Shown: positions 1 through 13,165 of the stretch, piece by piece
Position numbering within the stretch: the first letter of the stretch is position 1
Layout of the letters: each line of letters begins with the position of its first letter
Source: Adineta vaga
Lineage: Eukaryota; Animalia; Rotifera
Length of the DNA stretch: 64,000 nucleotides
Assembly (NCBI GenBank): GCA_021613535.1
Contig: CP075494.1
Span: 248,001-312,000, forward strand
Direction of reading: 5' to 3'
Notes under the pieces: model-generated
Told to the model about the DNA's origin: nothing
The model's input: only the letters and a program-made list of their open reading frames with translations
The model's database searches: none
Translations under genes and position numbers: made by a program

Positions 1-339
1 AAAATTCACTATCATATAAAGTAGTTAATGGTGCTTCGCAATTAAACGGATGTACTCCTGCGTGTCGAATAAGTCTAATATATATTCGAACATGTGCATC
101 AGGTGTTTTTTCTTCATATTGTAATACTTTTGATAGTTTTTCTGTTTCTGAAAGAAAAACGAAGAACAATTGAATCAAGCCACATTTGACTACTTTATTG
201 TTTTATATAATGTTCAACGGGGATTTGATCTATTTTCATTAAAATCAAGAGACTATTCGTGCCGCCCATTCAGAAATGTTCCCATATTGAAAAAATTGGG
301 GAAACATTGAAAACGTTTACAAAACAATTAACATTTTTA

Positions 340-1080
340 GGGCTTTTTCATGCGAGATCTACATCAACAAATACAAGAAAATCACTTAAATGTTGTTAAT
401 AGTGAGACGTTCATTGTCTATAGAGAGCAAAAAATGTTTCAAGATGAGTTTGAAAAGTTACGAAATAGCAAGAACGGTCTATTATCATTTAATAATATCC
501 TTTTAACAAGCTTAGACAAAGATATATCATTGAACTTTGCACGCATTGCTCACGATAAATTTGGTTCACTTGATATTCTTTTTTTTTAAAGAAAATCGAT
601 GCAACAAATATAACAACACCGTCTATGTCTGTAGACAATGTTAGTTATTATGTAAGTATAGAAAAAGAAATTCTTTTTTCTCTGCATACTATCTTCTAAA
701 TCTGTGATATAAAAAAATCGATAATCAAAAGCTTCGACGAGTCATTGATCAGGACAGTTCGATCATGGAAGTCGTTCATCTTAATAATCAACTGGCTTCT
801 TATATTTATAGAGAAAAAAGAAAGCTGCGAAAAAACTTACCGTTTTTACCAAAAAATACTTGAAATGAACGAGAAAATGTTTCCTCCGACTCATATTTGA
901 TTAGCTAATTTTTACCATAATATAGGTAACGTAAGCAAAATAGTAGAAGATTAACACACACACCCACCATCAAGATGCTTTGCCAATTGTCTAAATTTAA
1001 ATGAGAAAATACTAGAAAAAGCCGTTCCCACATGACATTAATTTCTATGAATCACTTATTGTCTTGCTACAAATTGATAG
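340..1080 (+). pseudogene. Decayed ART-TPR family gene (paralog of 42298-44940)
   Basis: GFFMRDLHQQI..FIVYREQ..GLLSFNNILLTS, then after frameshifts ..EKEILFSLHTIF; matches the intact gene at 42298 (GFFIRDLHQQI..FIVYRGQ..GLMSFNSFLSTS..EHEILFSMHTVF); multiple stops and frameshifts. Confidence 0.75.
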
Positions 1081-1290
1081 TCGTGCTAGCTTCACATCGA
1101 TTAGTACAGAGGGATTTAAAATGATTCATATAAAATAAATGAAAAGTCTACAGTTATGAAGTTGATTATTAAGGAATACTAGAACTGTTGGTCGAGACGA
1201 TTGGTGTCATCGATTCATCTTTAATCAATGGCTAAGGAGAGAACAATAACTTGATCAAGTAAATAATATAATTATATATATACATATACA

Positions 1291-2584
1291 TAGGGTGATC
1301 CAAAAGTTCCCGGAACACCTCCTTTTTTATTGATTAACGAAACTTAACAAAAAACTTATTTCATTAAATGTTCGAAGTACTCGCCCTTGTTAGTTACACA
1401 AAGTTTCGTTCGTTCAATCCATTTGTTAAATGTCTTTCGAAACTCATTTTGTGGTATTGTCCGAATCTCCTTGGTTACAGCTTCTTGTAAGCTTTTAGAA
1501 TCAGAATAACTACCCAATTGATGTTTTAAATAACCAAATAACCAAAAGTCTGATGGTGCTAGATCAGGTGAATATGGTGGATGAGGCATCATCATGACTC
1601 CTTCTTGTTGAAGAAATATTTTAACATCTTTTGCTTGATGTGGTCTTGCATTGTCATGATGCAATTTAATTGCATGCAAACCAGATTTTGGTCTTTGTTG
1701 TCGGATATTGTCGAATAAAGGTTTTAGACAATTATCTTCGTAATAAGCACCAGATATCGAGCCACCCTTATCAACCATGTGAATAAGCTCTGGGCTTGTA
1801 GTTTGGAAGAAAACCACAAACATGTTTTTCGCATCGTATTGGCTTCGTCTAACCACCGTTGGTGGACTTGCACCTTCAGAACACCATGCCATATTTGATT
1901 GCTTCGATCCAATACTACGATGGTAGATCCATGTTTCATCACCGGTGACGATATCGCACAATCTCCATTGACCGGATTCCAGTTTTGCAAGATTATCTTC
2001 ACAAATTTGTATTCATTGTTGCTTCGCTTTTTCTGACAGTTCATGTGGTATCCATCTTGCACATAACCTTTTCAATTTTAATTCATCATGAATAATCCTA
2101 TTGATGGTACCATATGACAAACCAGTCTCAAAGACCATATATCTAATACTAATGTGTGGATTTTCATTAATTAATGCACGAATAACTTCAATATGTTGAT
2201 CAGTAGTTTCGGTTACTGGTCGACCAGTTCTTGGATCATCTTCTAATGAAGTTCTACCTTGTTTAAAACGTTGCACCCATTCGGCTACTGTGGTATAAGA
2301 TACTTAACCATCACCCCATGCATCACACAACTCCTTGTGAATTTGCTTTGCGTTAATACCAAGTTTGAACCTTGTAAAGATATAGAACCGAATATGTGTT
2401 TTATCCAACTGAAAATACACCATTGAAAAAAAACTGGTTTTAAATTCAGTAGAATTAAACAAAAATGTCTAATCACGTCAGTTAATAGGTCGGTCCTTAC
2501 ACTATTCAAATATGAAAAAAAAATCCTCTATTGCGTATAAAAGAGAAAATCGAGAGCAGTTCCTGGAACTTTTGGATCACCCTA
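1291..2584 (-). mobile_element. Mariner (D,D34D) DNA transposon, full length, inactive
   Basis: 26-bp inverted ends TAGGGTGATCCAAAAGTTCC(C/A)GGAAC at 1291-1316 and 2559-2584 (one mismatch; outer TA is the probable TSD) enclosing a transposase. Confidence 0.95.
1356..2408 (-). pseudogene. Mariner transposase with two in-frame stops
   Basis: HTH region (..EWVQRFKQGRTSLEDDPRTGRP), WIPHEL, VTGDETW, HHDNARPH, YSPDLAPSDF; one reading frame broken by stops near 2305 and 2013. Confidence 0.92.
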
Positions 2585-2908
2585 AGTATTTAGAGTTACC
2601 TGCTGTTCATCTTCCGATTTTGCTTGCTTTTCTACACGGAGAAAACTAAGGAGAGGTGCATACAAACGCAAATCACACACACTTTGTTCCCTCTACTGAA
2701 AGGAGGGTTATGCGTCGAGCAGATATTACAGAAAAAACGAGTTGATATTCGTCCGTTCGTTCACATCATCGTTACATAGAAATTATTTCGTGACAATAGT
2801 GCGGAACAAAGTTTGGCTAGAGGGTAATCGAGGTCGAGGAATCCGAATCTGAGGTTAGTTTTACTTAATTACTCATTAGCTAATTAACTAATCAGTAATT
2901 AATTCGAG

Positions 2909-3975
2909 TTTTGTGTACTCAAAAAGTGAGTACACTACTAAAATCGGTCGGTATGTCCGTCCGGCCGTTTATTCGATAACTCTTCATACCCACATCCGAT
3001 TGAGCTGAAATTTTGTAAACAGAATTGTTTCAACAATATCTCGGTCGAGTTCTAAGATGAGCTCATCGGTTGTGCCATTGCTGACTTACAGAAAAATTTC
3101 CCAACATCTCTCTATATAAATTAGTATGTTTCTGTGTCTGTTTGTCTGACTCTTCGCTATCCATTCAGTCCCTGTAATGGCTAAGATCACCAAACTCTCT
3201 ATGGTGCTTCCCTAGGTCTAGAAAAAGGTTTAGAGAGTATTTGCATACGAATAGGGAGTGGGGAAGGGTGACCTGGGTGAAATTTCACCCATGTAGTTCC
3301 GTGGGTTATAATGTCACATCCCCTTTTTATAGTGCTTACCTAGGTCTAGAGAAAGGTCACAATGTCGTTGGCATTACCAGGGTGACTGTAACGAATCAGT
3401 AAAAAAACGTCACATGCTTATATTTGTCCTTGCTTTGCACTTTGTTCTTATTCTGTATTCTATTCTTATAATCCTTTGTCTTTTTCTCTTTCGAAAAGGT
3501 ATATAAGTGACTGTTTTGTTTGAGAACGATACGATATATGATATGAAGAAATAAAGGAAAGCGTAGCTCCATCAGCGCTAAAGCCTCTTCTATCAAAAAA
3601 CATAACTTCTTTTAATTTGAATGTCTCAGATGAATATAATCTAGGTATCAACAACATGTTATTGACAACATATTTAAAACCTCATACTTTTTCGAGCATA
3701 CGGGAAAAGTGAGCACATTACTAGAATCAATCGATGTGTGTATCCATGCGTTCGTTTACACGACAACTCTTAAAAGGCTAATCCGATTACCGTGAAATTT
3801 TCTACAGAGTCTTGTTTCATCAATATTTCGCTCGAGTTCGAAGATGAGCCTGATTGGGTAAGCCGATGTTGAGTTATTGAAAAAATACTGATATTTCTCT
3901 ATAACATCTATCTAATACACTTTTTGCAGTACACATAACTTTCGGATAAAATCCGAAGTTTCCGCATTTGTTTTA
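2909..3975 (+). mobile_element. Helentron-associated non-autonomous element(s) (HINE/DINE-1-like), two related cores
   Basis: 5' subTIR TGTGTACTC (2912-2920) with nearby inverted copy GAGTACAC (2928-2935); GTCC-type microsatellite; core repeated at ~2920-3110 and ~3705-3900; 3' subTIR AGTACACA (3928-3935), hairpin TTCGGAT-AAA-ATCCGAA (3941-3957), T-rich end. Confidence 0.65.
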
Positions 3976-4690
3976 CAATTTATGTCAAACGAAAAAGCAG
4001 CGTCGTCTTCAACAAGGTCCATTACATATACGTTCTTATCAGCAAACACATGGACAAAAAATCGAACGAGATATTGAAGAGCAAAACACAGAAATTAAAT
4101 TAATTACAGCAATAGTTGACTCTTCTATCGCTCGGAATATTTCAGTGAACAATATAGAAAATGACAAAAATAAGGTGCGTCTTATATTTAAGTCTGGGTG
4201 TAATTGTGCTGATCCACTCGAATGGTTGTTATCAGCGGATGGCCAAATTTGTATCAAAGGTGCTCATCAATTGATTTTTATTATGGGTACCAATGACATT
4301 CATCCAGTAGGAGCCTTTCAAACAGTGCGACGTATTGAACACACAATTTCAACAATCAGACATTCATATCATGAGATAAATGTTGTTTGGCAACTACTTC
4401 AGCAACGTACTCGGAAGACTTGGCTTTTACCTGAAGGCTCAGCAGTTCTAAATGAGATTGAAAAATGTAATATATTTCTACTCGACCTAGCGATCAAAAT
4501 GAAGTTTGACACTATTCAACCAGCAATTCCTATTCGATATATGTATGATGGTTTACATCCATCAAAGTATGGAGTTGAAATGATGGAAGTCACAATTCGT
4601 AATCATCTACACAAAAACAAAATGGTATACTCATTTTCATGGGAACACATTTCCACCACCCATGATTTCAATCAGTCTCTAAAAATTTAA
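3968..4690 (+). CDS. SGNH/GDSL hydrolase-like ORF, probably 5'-truncated and TE-derived
   Basis: Block III IFIMGTND and block V DGLHPS motifs; no ATG start; block I GDS appears as VDSS. Confidence 0.6.
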   Translation: MFYNLCQTKKQRRLQQGPLHIRSYQQTHGQKIERDIEEQNTEIKLITAIVDSSIARNISVNNIENDKNKVRLIFKSGCNCADPLEWLLSADGQICIKGAHQLIFIMGTNDIHPVGAFQTVRRIEHTISTIRHSYHEINVVWQLLQQRTRKTWLLPEGSAVLNEIEKCNIFLLDLAIKMKFDTIQPAIPIRYMYDGLHPSKYGVEMMEVTIRNHLHKNKMVYSFSWEHISTTHDFNQSLKI

Positions 4691-5311
4691 TAAATTTCAT
4701 TATTTGTATAAAATACTTATTTAGAAATTTCTTCTTCTTTTTTCAGATATGACTATTGAGTCAAAAAGTGAGCGTATAATTTCTCTTATTTTCTAAAATA
4801 TTGAAAATAAACTGCGGATATTTTTGAACTATGAATATCAATGACATTGAACTTGAAAATTAACTAAATATTATTGAATTTAAAAAGACCATTGACTAAT
4901 AGTGAACAATAAGTTTTATACATATTTCGATAACAAAACATTTGCGAAATGTTGAAATAGAAATATTTTTGAAATGGATTTTACAATATGAACTTTGAGT
5001 TTAATTTATTATTAAATATCTGTAGATATAATTCGAAATTGAAAAATGTTTAAATACCATTGAACGATAAATACTTTTGTATTGTAATAAATAATGAAAC
5101 TTAATGAGTTGTTGTTCAATGCTACATATCCAATGATAGAAAGAGAACACTATAAAAGAAAAAAAGACATTGACTTATATTGAATATACATGAAGAGAAA
5201 AGATAAATTGAATGTCATTCATCTTTCAATACACATCGTCTTCGTCAATTATATCATACTATATTCTACAGGGAGTATAAATAGCGTAAATAAGTTTGGT
5301 TATACTAGGAA

Positions 5312-7360
5312 ATGAAAAGAAAACTTTCGTTTACATCGTCTATGAAAAATGAATCAAGTCCAGATTCAAAAGAACATTTAAAGGAGAACTCTTTTGATGA
5401 TCAGTCATCAAAAGAAGTAATAGAAAATAGATTAGGTGAACAACAGAAGATAATAAACTCTTCTGCAACAAAATTATTCGATAGCAATTCGTATTCGCTG
5501 TTGATGAATTAGGACTTAATAAGAAGACACTTGATAAGGAGACGTGGCGCTTTAGTGATTTCACGCGTTCGGATGAATCTCTTTGGAATCGTTTAATATC
5601 GAAACTAAAATTAAATCAAGCAGAAAAAATACGTCACTCTTTATATAGTTTCTAGCTACGAAATCGTCGAAAAATTGCAGATAATCTATCTGACAATTCA
5701 ATAGATTCTGTTGAAGAGGACAATAAATCAGACAAAAACAATGACGCTGAGTTTCCTTTATTAAAGTCTGAAATAAAGCCACTAACGTCTAATGCGTCTC
5801 TTCCATATTCAAGAACTCGTTCCGCGGGTCGGTTTCAAGTGAATATGCCAACAATCATTGAAGCATCATTCATATTGACCTCAAAACAATGGAAAGAACT
5901 TTATGATTGCACTACACGTCAGATGAAACCGGGTTGGACAACAATGATTTATAACAAAGTGTGCTCATGTAACTTTCATTGCAACCTCATTTTTAAAAAA
6001 CATCATATTGTTCTTGATGATACACATAAAATAAACTCTTCATTTTTTTCGTTCCATAGCCATTTGTAAGACTTATTCATGTTATCGAACATTCGAAATT
6101 TTTATTAGAGATGAACCAATTTCGAAAGAGAGTATCGTTGGTCGTGTATGAGCTGTTGGAGATGAGAACCATAGTGCAGATGTTAAAGTATTCACAAGAA
6201 AGATAACTGGAAAAGATAGAATGGATGTGAGACTATGGAAGTTATAAAACACGCAGCAGCAGATATACCGAAAATATTTTCAACTAGACGAAGACGTTTT
6301 CCGAGATTGTCGAATTAGACAGCAGTTACTTGAAGATGTCGATGTCATTTCTGCCAAAATAAAAGGTTATGTACAAGTTATGGGCGAGAAACCGTTTCGT
6401 CTCCATCTTATATCCGAAGCGCAAGTTTTACGATTTATTACTTTTTGTGCGAAGAGTAATTATTCACATGTACACATCGATGCAACCGGATCGGTTGTAA
6501 AGAATCTGCCACATCAAAATACAGTCTTACTATATGCCGTTGCTTTTAAAGATGGAAGCGATCTAATCAACGTAATTCCATTGGGCCATGTCATTCTTAC
6601 GGATCACACTGCAACGAGCATCAGCTATTTTGTGGGTAACCTTCGGCAACACACCGTTACTCTAGTAGATAAAGTTATTCGACTATCTTTTTTCGTCACA
6701 GATTTTTCTCCTGCAATTTTCAGTGCTATTTTACAAACATTCAACCATGAAGATATTCGTGGTCATTTAAAGCGATGTTGGAATGTAATGTTGCGAAAGT
6801 ATGATGCAAACGAACTTCGTTCTCTATCATTCTTGCCTATTTGTTGTTCTCATATGACGAATGCTTTTGTTCGAAGTCTCTCAGTCGTAAATGTAGCGAA
6901 AAAAATAAGAAAACAAGTAATACACATTTGCCTTCTTCATCAACTGTGGTGAATTGGAGATGTCATTTAAATTCTTAAAACGTGTTTTACATCTATTTGG
7001 TAATCCGCTAGCTACTGATATCGATAATATTCTTCAAGCTTTTTTAGAAGTACCATATGATAATGAAGATACTTCGGAAAAGATTAGTCCATGTGATTAC
7101 GAAGTAGCCGATGATTCAACTGATCTTTTAGATGAGGTTGATGAGAAGATGCACAGTAGCAAAGCGATCATCCATGAGTCGCCTTTGAATATTGAAGCTA
7201 TCCGACGTTTTCGCAGCTCTCGGAATTGTTAGATTCTAAAAAGAAATATGAAAATGTGATAAATCCTCTTTTTTTGTCGTCGAATTATTTACGTCTTTTA
7301 TAAATGGTTCGCTTACTTGCCCTTGTGGACATCTTTACTTACCGAAAATATGAGCAAGGT
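5312..7360 (+). pseudogene. Degraded MULE/NOF-like DDE transposase
   Basis: HVHIDATGSVV, FFVTDFSPAI and a downstream CxxH (CCSH) in the order typical of Mutator-like DDE domains; broken into several frames. Confidence 0.6.
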
Positions 7361-7588
7361 CGTCTATAAAATGCTCAATTAGATGGATACCTTCACTTTT
7401 ATCTGCCAGTGCACTTTTTACATGAATTCTAATTGATTTATGTGTTTGATTTACATTTGGAAGATATTCTTTTCTTCAAAGACACATTTATTTATCTTCT
7501 CGTACTTTATATTCAGTTTTAAATCTAACACAAATTATTCTAAGTAATATATGTGTTAATACGAAACATTTATTTCTAAATTGAAAAG

Positions 7589-7656
7589 CAGAGATAGGCA
7601 AGTATGGACTTTTTCGAGTACGAGTATGAGTACTTCAAGTATTTTGCCCATTTCTG
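7589..7656. mobile_element. Tiny hAT-like MITE remnant
   Basis: Imperfect TIRs CAGAGATAGGCAA / TTGCCCATTTCTG; flanks TTGAAAAG and TTGGAAAA match 6/8. Confidence 0.4.
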
Positions 7657-7964
7657 TTGGAAAAGGAACATAAAATAATAATGGATATGACAGTTACACA
7701 TGAGCGTTATAATACCAAGAAAATAAACATTTTAAAATCATAAATGAAAGTTTTGTATTGTAATTATAGACATCGCACAAACAAAATTTTAAGAAAAAAA
7801 TCATAACATTTTTGTCTTAAAAAAAGATTTTATTTTGTAAAATCATATATTATTTTTCAATATCATTCTTTTTTGAAGTTTTTCTCATATAAATTTAACA
7901 AATATTCTTATTAAAATCATATTCTTGAGAATTAAAAAAGGAATTTGGAAATTTTTTGTTCATA

Positions 7965-9961
7965 ATGCTATTCGAAAAGAAATTGAATTTTTACCTATTT
8001 TTGTTCATTATTGAACACATATCAGGTAAAACAATCTCGTTTTTTTTATAACGAATGACTATATGTTGTATTCATTTAGCGATATCTTTCAATCAACCTC
8101 AATTTACCTTGAATTCGACATGGAATCCAAATGGAACAACAATTGCAAATTGGAGTTCAATTGGAATGAATTCTTTTGATATATTTATTGATAAAAATAA
8201 TACAATTTATATTCCAAATCAAAATAATGGACAAATTTTAATGATTTTTGAAGGAAATCAAACATTAATAAAAAACATTTCGAATAATTTATACAATTCA
8301 TCAAGTATATTCGTTAAAACAGAAAATGAAATTTATCTGGATACATTTTATTCTCTTGGTGGAGTTAGTAAAATAATCAATGATTCGACAATAATTTCTA
8401 TACTACCAATGAATTTATGTCAACAATGTTTTGATATATTTATCAATGAAAACAATATTTTTTATTGTTTATTAAATCAACGTCATCAAATTCTTGGAAA
8501 ATCTTTAGAAAATAATTTGAATTATTTAACTATTTTTGCTGGAACAGGTACTCAAGGTTCAACATCAACAACACTTTCAAATCCTCAAGGAATATTTGTT
8601 GATTCAAATTCAGATTTATATGTTGCAGATTGTGGAAATAATCGAATTCAATTATTTCCATCAGAAAAATTAACTGGAATAACAATTCTTGGAAATAATT
8701 CATCGAATCTTTCATTAATACTCAATTGTCCAACTGATGTTTTATTAGATAATAACAAATATTTATTTATTGTTGATTCAAATAATCATCGTATTTTTCG
8801 ACAAAATTCAAATGGCTTTCAATGTATTATTGGATGTTTAGGATCAAATCAATTATCTTACCCCAGAAGTCTTCATTTTGATAGTTATGGAAATATTTTT
8901 GTAACTGATTATGGAAATAATAGAATTCAAAAATTCAACCGTGAGAATATATCTTGGAAATCTATTCAAAGTTGTACTAGAAATTTCTATTTCATTTAGG
9001 TGTACAAGAATCAATGACAAGTATAATTAACACTAGCAGTTCAACTTCTACTACGAGCGAAACAACAACTTCTATAAGTTTGTACATAAAAATTTTTATT
9101 TGTATTCAAATCATTCTATTCGGTGCTTATTAAATAGTATCGATCACGACTACAACAACATCCACGACTTCTACAAAGACCACAACAACATCCACCACTT
9201 CCACAACAACATCCATGACTTCTACAAAGACCACGACAACATCCACCACTTCTACAAAGACCACAACAACATCCACGACTTCTACAAAGACCACAACAAC
9301 ATCCACCACTTCCACAACAACATCCATGACTTCTACAAAGACCACGACAACATCCACCACTTCTACAAAGACCACAACAACATCCACGACTTCTACAAAG
9401 ACCACGACAACATCCACTGCCACAGGTCTGAATTCATATTTTGAATGATTGTGTAAAATCAATGTGTATATTTGTTATCTAGTGTCATTATCTCACAGTG
9501 GAGTTCAGTTTAATCTTTATCCAAATTCGTTACCAGGTGGATGGTCACTATGTTACAATGGAACGTATGCAGATAATATGAATACAGGCGTGGTCGCCAT
9601 AGTATTATCTTCGTGTAATAAAGCGAAATTATTACTCGGGTGTCGACCAATTAATAATGTTAATTTGACTATAGCAGCAATGGGTAGTCGATCTGACGTT
9701 CTTTATAATTGTAGTAGTATAGCTAACTGTACTAATATAGCTAATGGTGTTGGTTGGTATTTTTCTGATTCATATTCCTGGGGTTTTATAAAGGGTGGTG
9801 ATACAGCAACACGAGGCATTTGTGATACAGGATCAACGAATGCTATTTATCGTTTATGTTGGTTTACGGGTGGTTATGTTGGTGGTGGATATAGATGTGG
9901 CGCATCAACTGGTTTGAATTCAGATGTAAATTGGGAAAGGATTATTTATCATTCAAATTAA
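7965..9961 (+). CDS. Secreted NHL beta-propeller protein with Thr-rich mucin stalk and Cys/Gly/Trp-rich C-terminal domain; exons 7965-8025, 8080-8940, 9000-9077, 9138-9425, 9483-9961
   Basis: NHL repeats (LSNPQGIFVD..LYVADCGNNRIQ; YPRSLHFDSYGNIFVTDYGNNRIQKF); GT-AG introns of 54-60 nt that join the exons in frame. Confidence 0.8.
9146..9424 (+). repeat. Coding tandem repeat (30/21-nt units) encoding TTSTKTTTTS
   Basis: Repeated ACTTCTACAAAGACCACAACAACATCCACC units. Confidence 0.9.
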
Positions 9962-10907
9962 TTGATACAAACTTCATTCGATAAATAAGACACAGTTTAC
10001 TATTATCATTTTGAACTTCTCATCCTTCAGAGTTTTTGCAAAGTCATTTTTGACGTTTTATCTTCTAATATATTAATAAATGAAATTAAAATTATAATAT
10101 AGTTATACATAATATTGATTTGGGCGAGTAGGTGTATGTGTGGATGAGAGAAGGAAGAATACCTACACCCTCGAAAACATTAAAATATGCCCAGAACCAA
10201 TTGTTTGATCATGAAAATTATTAAAGATATTCTTTATAGAAATTTTTATTGGTTTCATAAACGCATTCCATATACATTATACTTGGTGTTGTTGAAAATC
10301 AATCAACTATAGCAAATAAAATATGATATGTCACTAATGTTAGTAAGATAATCGATATAATAACGAATTTCGCACAATATCATCGATCATATCCGCAGTT
10401 ATTACTTCAAAATAGATATACAATGGAGCAATTCCAATAATATCTGATCATGTTGCTGCATATACGCTACTATTAGTATGTTGTTATTTAGGTAATCTAG
10501 GGTGTGGGTGTGAGTATTTTTTATTTACCCCCACTTACACCCTCAGCTACTTTTTATGTTCTGATTGAAGCGTTTGATATTTCAAAATGAGTTCTGTTTT
10601 CTGTTCCAGTGATTGAATTCTTTTTTTTCAATATTAAGTTTTTGTTTTTTCACGATATTCAATTTAGTGACATGAGTATGAGTGGCGGTGTCATCCAAAG
10701 CTCTAAACCCTCATTCATACCCTCAAGATCATATGGACGAAATATTTTCTTCAAATAAAATGGAGAAAAACTTTCATAAAATAAAAAAAAAAGTCCGAAA
10801 CTAATAATAACAATAAAATATGATATTAAATTGAAACAAATTATCTTAATCAAATATTTCTTTTTGTTTTAAATAATTGAATTAATCATAACATTCTTTG
10901 ATTTTTA

Positions 10908-11820
10908 CTAACCTAACGAACAAGTACGTAATTCAATATCATCAATACCTATATTATTTCCTGCTATCCCAGAATTCGACCCTAAAATCATTAAAAGATT
11001 AATAGAAGATGTTATTGCATTAAATGAAACACCATATTTTATCCAAGTTACATTCGAATATCTTTGTATATTACCAGTATTAATAAAATCAGATTTTATC
11101 ATCGAATTTGTCATTTGTATAATCATCATAGTAATATTTGGTTAAATACCAATACGACCAATTTTATCAAGATTCATTATATAAGCACAAAGATTATTAA
11201 CAGTAGAATATCCTCCGATATCATTTGGAGTATAATCCATTTCAATTCTTTGCCAATGTGAATGTGAATTATTTAGTAAACTAACGAACGTATATTTCAT
11301 ATTATCAAGTTTTTGATTCCGTTCATAAGAATAATCTGCAGTAAAATTGAATATAGATATTGTTATATTTAAAAATTGTTCATCGTCAGAACCAAATGTT
11401 ATTAATAGATTTGGTTTACAATGATTTATAGAATTATTAAAACATAAATCAGTTTTACAATCTGATGAAATATTACATTTCAATGATAAAGCACATGTTC
11501 CATCACAATTAAGATCTGTTTCTTTAGAGAAAAAAAATCAATTATTAATAAATTCTTTTACGTAAACAAATGTTTGAAACACAAAGATGATTTTTACAAT
11601 TTGAATTAATTAAACATTTTCGTATTGGTGTACAATTACCATCACAATCATCATCAGTTTCATTATTATTTGTTTTACTATCGTATAACGAGTTAATTCT
11701 AATTAAATAATGTTTATTTTATAAAATGAAAGAAAAATGTATTAGGATCAAAATTACAATTTGGTTGTAATTGTAAATGCTATTAAGTATATAAGAATAT
11801 TCAAGATTATCAATTAACAT
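10908..11820 (-). pseudogene. Multi-exon secreted-type protein with Cys-rich N-terminus and C-terminal GNNIGIDDIELRTC motif, disrupted
   Basis: Short introns, ETDDDCDG / CDGTC motifs, frame break between ORFs 11142-11483 and 10908-11129. Confidence 0.45.
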
Positions 11821-12600
11821 TTCAATTCTTTTTCTTAATTCTTCTATTATTGAATCAAATTTTTCTTGCACTAAACGCACAGCCTAATCGACACCTACAC
11901 CCTCTATTCTTTCTCGTCGTCCAACATTAGAAAATGTTGTATCCTATGTTAAGATTGTTTTTGTATTTTTCTGTATATAAGTTATATTAAATGTTTTGCT
12001 CATTCGATTATTGGCGACATCTAACTCACTGCCTCGTTTCATATAGTCAAAAGTGTCCTCCAATAAAATTTCGATTTTTTTCTTTCGTTATCTGAACAGG
12101 TGGTGCAATTCGTATTTACAAAAATTAACAGGACGTCATTTTTACTATTTAAAAATTGACTAACGATCTCGATCGATTAGGTTCACCGATTTTAACTAAG
12201 TAAGATTCTTTTCCTTCCATCTTTCTACCTATCATGCAGTATAGTAGTATTACAGAATAAAAAGTAAGTCAGTACTATGATGAAAAAGAAAATACACCAA
12301 AGTAACTTCGAGTATCAAGTCTGCTGTTTTCCTCTAGGTTGGCTATGATATTTAGTATTTGTCAAGCTCTATCTATAGCAGAAATAAAATTTCTGGTCCT
12401 GTTTGGTGCTGAGGCCTGAGACTTGACATACGTCAAAAGTAACGTATGCGAATTTTCATGATGTTGATCCTGATTTGACTTCAGAGAACAAGTATGAACA
12501 CATATCTGTAGAGAAAATAATTCTCTATCTTTTAAAAGATTATTAAAATACTAGAACAAGTCGCTATTATGATACTCTTTTCTATTCAGAATAGGAGAAC

Positions 12601-13165
12601 ATGGAAAATACACGTCAATGCTGTTCCAACTTTGGCAAAGAATTCAAAGCGTATGTATTAATAAGGTGCTCTTAAATATAATCTATACTCTTGATCGTAT
12701 AGATTTGCTTTACGAGGCAACATGCTCGATTTAGCTGTTGGCATCATCATTGGTACTGCTTTTCAAAATGTTGTCAAATCACTTGTCGATGATATTATCA
12801 CACCTCCATTTGGTTTAATTTTCGATGGTGTTGATTTTCGTAATTTAACAATCAAAATGCGCAACTTTGTACGCAAAGATCAACCACCCGTCGTCATTCG
12901 CTACGGATTATTTATTCAGCAAGTTCTCCATTTATTAGTTCTGGCTCTTGCTCTTTTCTTTATCGTCAAACTTATTAATAAGCTACATAAAATAGCAGCC
13001 CATAACAGACAATCGGCGGCGGCGGCGGTTGCGAGTGAGTCGAGTGAAGAAGTGAAAGTACTGCGCGAGATTCGAGATCTAATTGCTGCAAACAAGAACG
13101 GAACTACTCCGTCGTCCAATGTATCCACGCTTGTTGAACCGACACCAAGCCTCATTAGTATATAA
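12601..13165 (+). CDS. mscL: Large-conductance mechanosensitive channel, bacterial type, one intron (12651-12702)
   Basis: Spliced product [78 protein letters not shown] has all MscL signatures; 52-nt GT-AG intron restores the S1 helix. Confidence 0.95.

Noticed and set aside
9100-9462. His/Asp-rich ORF (9100-9444 +) and Val-rich ORF (9130-9462 -)
   Set aside because: Alternative frames of the Thr-repeat exon; splice phases select the TTSTK frame
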